In this document: piece after piece, positions 49,594 to 50,744 of the stretch | Layout of the letters: the number at the start of each line of letters is the position of its first letter | Position numbering within the stretch: position 1 is the first letter of the stretch | IMG/VR virus record: IMGVR_UViG_3300030433_001244 | Location: 1 to 50,744 of that record | DNA length: 50,744 bases | From: a virus | Lineage: Duplodnaviria; Caudoviricetes | Direction: 5' to 3' (one strand) | Made by a program: the position numbers and the translations under genes | Notes under the pieces: model-generated | Database searches by the model: none | What the model was told of the DNA's origin: nothing | Seen by the model: the letters and a program-made list of their open reading frames with translations, nothing else

Positions 49594-49641
49594 TATTGCA
49601 TATATTATTGCATGTATTATTGCATGTATTATTGAATGTAT
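49594..49641. repeat. 4 x 12-bp tandem repeat TATTGCATGTAT
   Basis: TATTGCATATAT / TATTGCATGTAT / TATTGCATGTAT / TATTGAATGTAT. Confidence 0.85.
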
Positions 49642-49705
49642 CTTTATATGTACCTTTGCATGCATTTATATCTACACCTTTCGAGGTGTGAAATGGCGGT
49701 TTTCT

Positions 49706-49724
49706 GCGAATGATTCTCATTATC
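49706..49724. promoter_or_regulatory. Fur-box-like operator
   Basis: Reverse complement GATAATGAGAATCATTCGC matches 16/19 of GATAATGATAATCATTATC. Confidence 0.6.
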
Positions 49725-49735
49725 ATTTGTTTAAC

Positions 49736-49752
49736 TTGGCACGGCTTGTGCA
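49736..49752 (+). promoter_or_regulatory. sigma54-type promoter 1
   Basis: TTGGCACG-GCTT-GTGCA, GG-N10-GC spacing. Confidence 0.55.
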
Positions 49753-49798
49753 TAGCAATGATTATGCCATTGCGAACGATTCTCAACAAATATAGGTA

Positions 49799-49866
49799 GG
49801 CAAATATTGCCGGGTAAATATTGCCTAGTAGGCAAAATATGCCTAGTAAATCCGGCAATTATTGCC
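49799..49866. repeat. Four GG(C/T)-N7-GCC quasi-palindromes, candidate enhancer-binding-protein sites
   Basis: GGCAAATATTGCC, GGTAAATATTGCC, GGCAAAATATGCC, GGCAATTATTGCC. Confidence 0.65.
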
Positions 49867-49929
49867 TAGTTGGCGTTAGAATAATTCTAAACAATGCGAT
49901 AACCCGTTGAAATATAACGATTTCAATTC

Positions 49930-49946
49930 TTGGCACGCTATCTGCA
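49930..49946 (+). promoter_or_regulatory. sigma54-type promoter 2
   Basis: TTGGCACG-CTAT-CTGCA, GG-N10-GC; 50 nt before ATG 49996. Confidence 0.65.
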
Positions 49947-49995
49947 TGGTATTTATCCGAGGCAATCCGCCTTAACCTTTACGGAGTTTACCAAA

Positions 49996-50574
49996 ATGGC
50001 TAAAGCAAAGAAAAACGATTACAATGTAATCGAAAGCGCCGAGCGAGTTTCCACCCAAGCCGAGATTGCGGGCGATACCGCACGCGGCGCTGAATACGAC
50101 AAGGCTAATCTCGGCGATTGCCTTTTCTACGAGGCGAAAGAGGCTTTCGCCGTCGATGGCGCATATACAGCCGCGCAATTGTTAGTCGCGGTTGCTCGCA
50201 ATCTCGACTGCACATTCAGCGCGGCATGCGGCGATGGCATGAAGCTCTCAACGTCGGGCAAAAAGCCTAAAGAGATGACGGAGGCGCATAAGGCGCGCGT
50301 CGATGCTTTCCGGCCTTTCGCGAGCTTCATCAATCAAGCCCTCGAGCTTGAGCTTGCTCTTACGGACTATGACAGCATGACGGCGCTTCGCAAGGCTATC
50401 AAAGACGCTCAACCGGACGATGAAATGGACGGCCTTCGCGTTACAATCAAAGAGGCGCAGAAGGTTATAGCGGAAAATTGGAAAGCCTGCTCGACCGAGC
50501 GGCGCGAACTAATCCGCGAAGCAATCCGCGAGGCGGCGCGGATTTCCATCGCTACAATCGACGATATCATCTAA
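49996..50574 (+). CDS. GC-rich orphan protein, probable first early gene
   Basis: SD GGAG (49983-49986), ATG 49996, Ala/Glu-rich helical protein, no family recognised. Confidence 0.75.
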   Translation: MAKAKKNDYNVIESAERVSTQAEIAGDTARGAEYDKANLGDCLFYEAKEAFAVDGAYTAAQLLVAVARNLDCTFSAACGDGMKLSTSGKKPKEMTEAHKARVDAFRPFASFINQALELELALTDYDSMTALRKAIKDAQPDDEMDGLRVTIKEAQKVIAENWKACSTERRELIREAIREAARISIATIDDII

Positions 50575-50584
50575 CACCTAGCAC

Positions 50585-50641
50585 GGCGAAGCGGATAAGG
50601 TGCGGCACTTGTTGCCGCGCCTATTCGCATGCCTTTTTTTT
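50585..50641 (+). terminator. Rho-independent terminator
   Basis: Long GC stem GCGGATAAGGTGCGGCA/TGCCGCGCCTATTCGC followed by T8. Confidence 0.75.
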
Positions 50642-50696
50642 GGCTAATTCGTTAGCCATTTTGTCCACTTACAATGTAACTAAAAGGGACGCAAAA

Positions 50697-50744
50697 ATGC
50701 AATTCACACCTGACAAGAGGGACGCTACGGTCATCAAGGTCATC
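50697..50744 (+). CDS. Partial ORF truncated at window edge
   Basis: SD-like AGGGA, MQFTPDKRDATVIKVI... Confidence 0.4.
   Translation, partial: MQFTPDKRDATVIKVI

Noticed and set aside
49480-49858. ORFs 49480-49665 and 49544-49858
   Set aside because: Translations merely mirror the DNA repeats (IIHAIIHA, NNTCNNTC); no SD; better explained as regulatory DNA
49930-49995. TTG start at 49930 given by the ORF track
   Set aside because: It coincides with the sigma54-type element; ATG 49996 has a proper SD

Overview
Most of a tailed dsDNA bacteriophage genome, podovirus-like and probably from a marine alphaproteobacterial host. The + arm (1-14157) holds T7-type replication genes (primase-helicase, PolA, SSB, exonuclease, endonuclease I), a B12-dependent class II RNR, a 2OG-Fe(II) oxygenase, Hsp20, a glycosyl/methyltransferase pair, holin/spanin-like genes and a displaced TerS. 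The - arm (14102-48944) holds TerL, an FkbM methyltransferase, portal, GroES, scaffold, capsid, a cluster of very basic small proteins, tail/fibre genes and large ejection proteins. No RNA polymerase, integrase, tRNA or CRISPR is visible. The most striking part is the ~1 kb non-coding divergent region (48945-49995). It packs six Fur-box-like operators, an Irr/ICE-like palindrome, four GGC-N7-GCC (FlbD/ftr-like) boxes, an IHF-like site and two sigma54-type promoters ahead of a GC-rich orphan gene, suggesting phage gene expression wired to host iron and sigma54 regulators. Also notable: a ROSE-like thermometer on hsp20, an unannotated metallothionein-like ORF before terL, a recurring di-glycine motif in internal proteins, and apparent CCWGG avoidance. 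All calls come from reading motifs by eye; no database searches were run.
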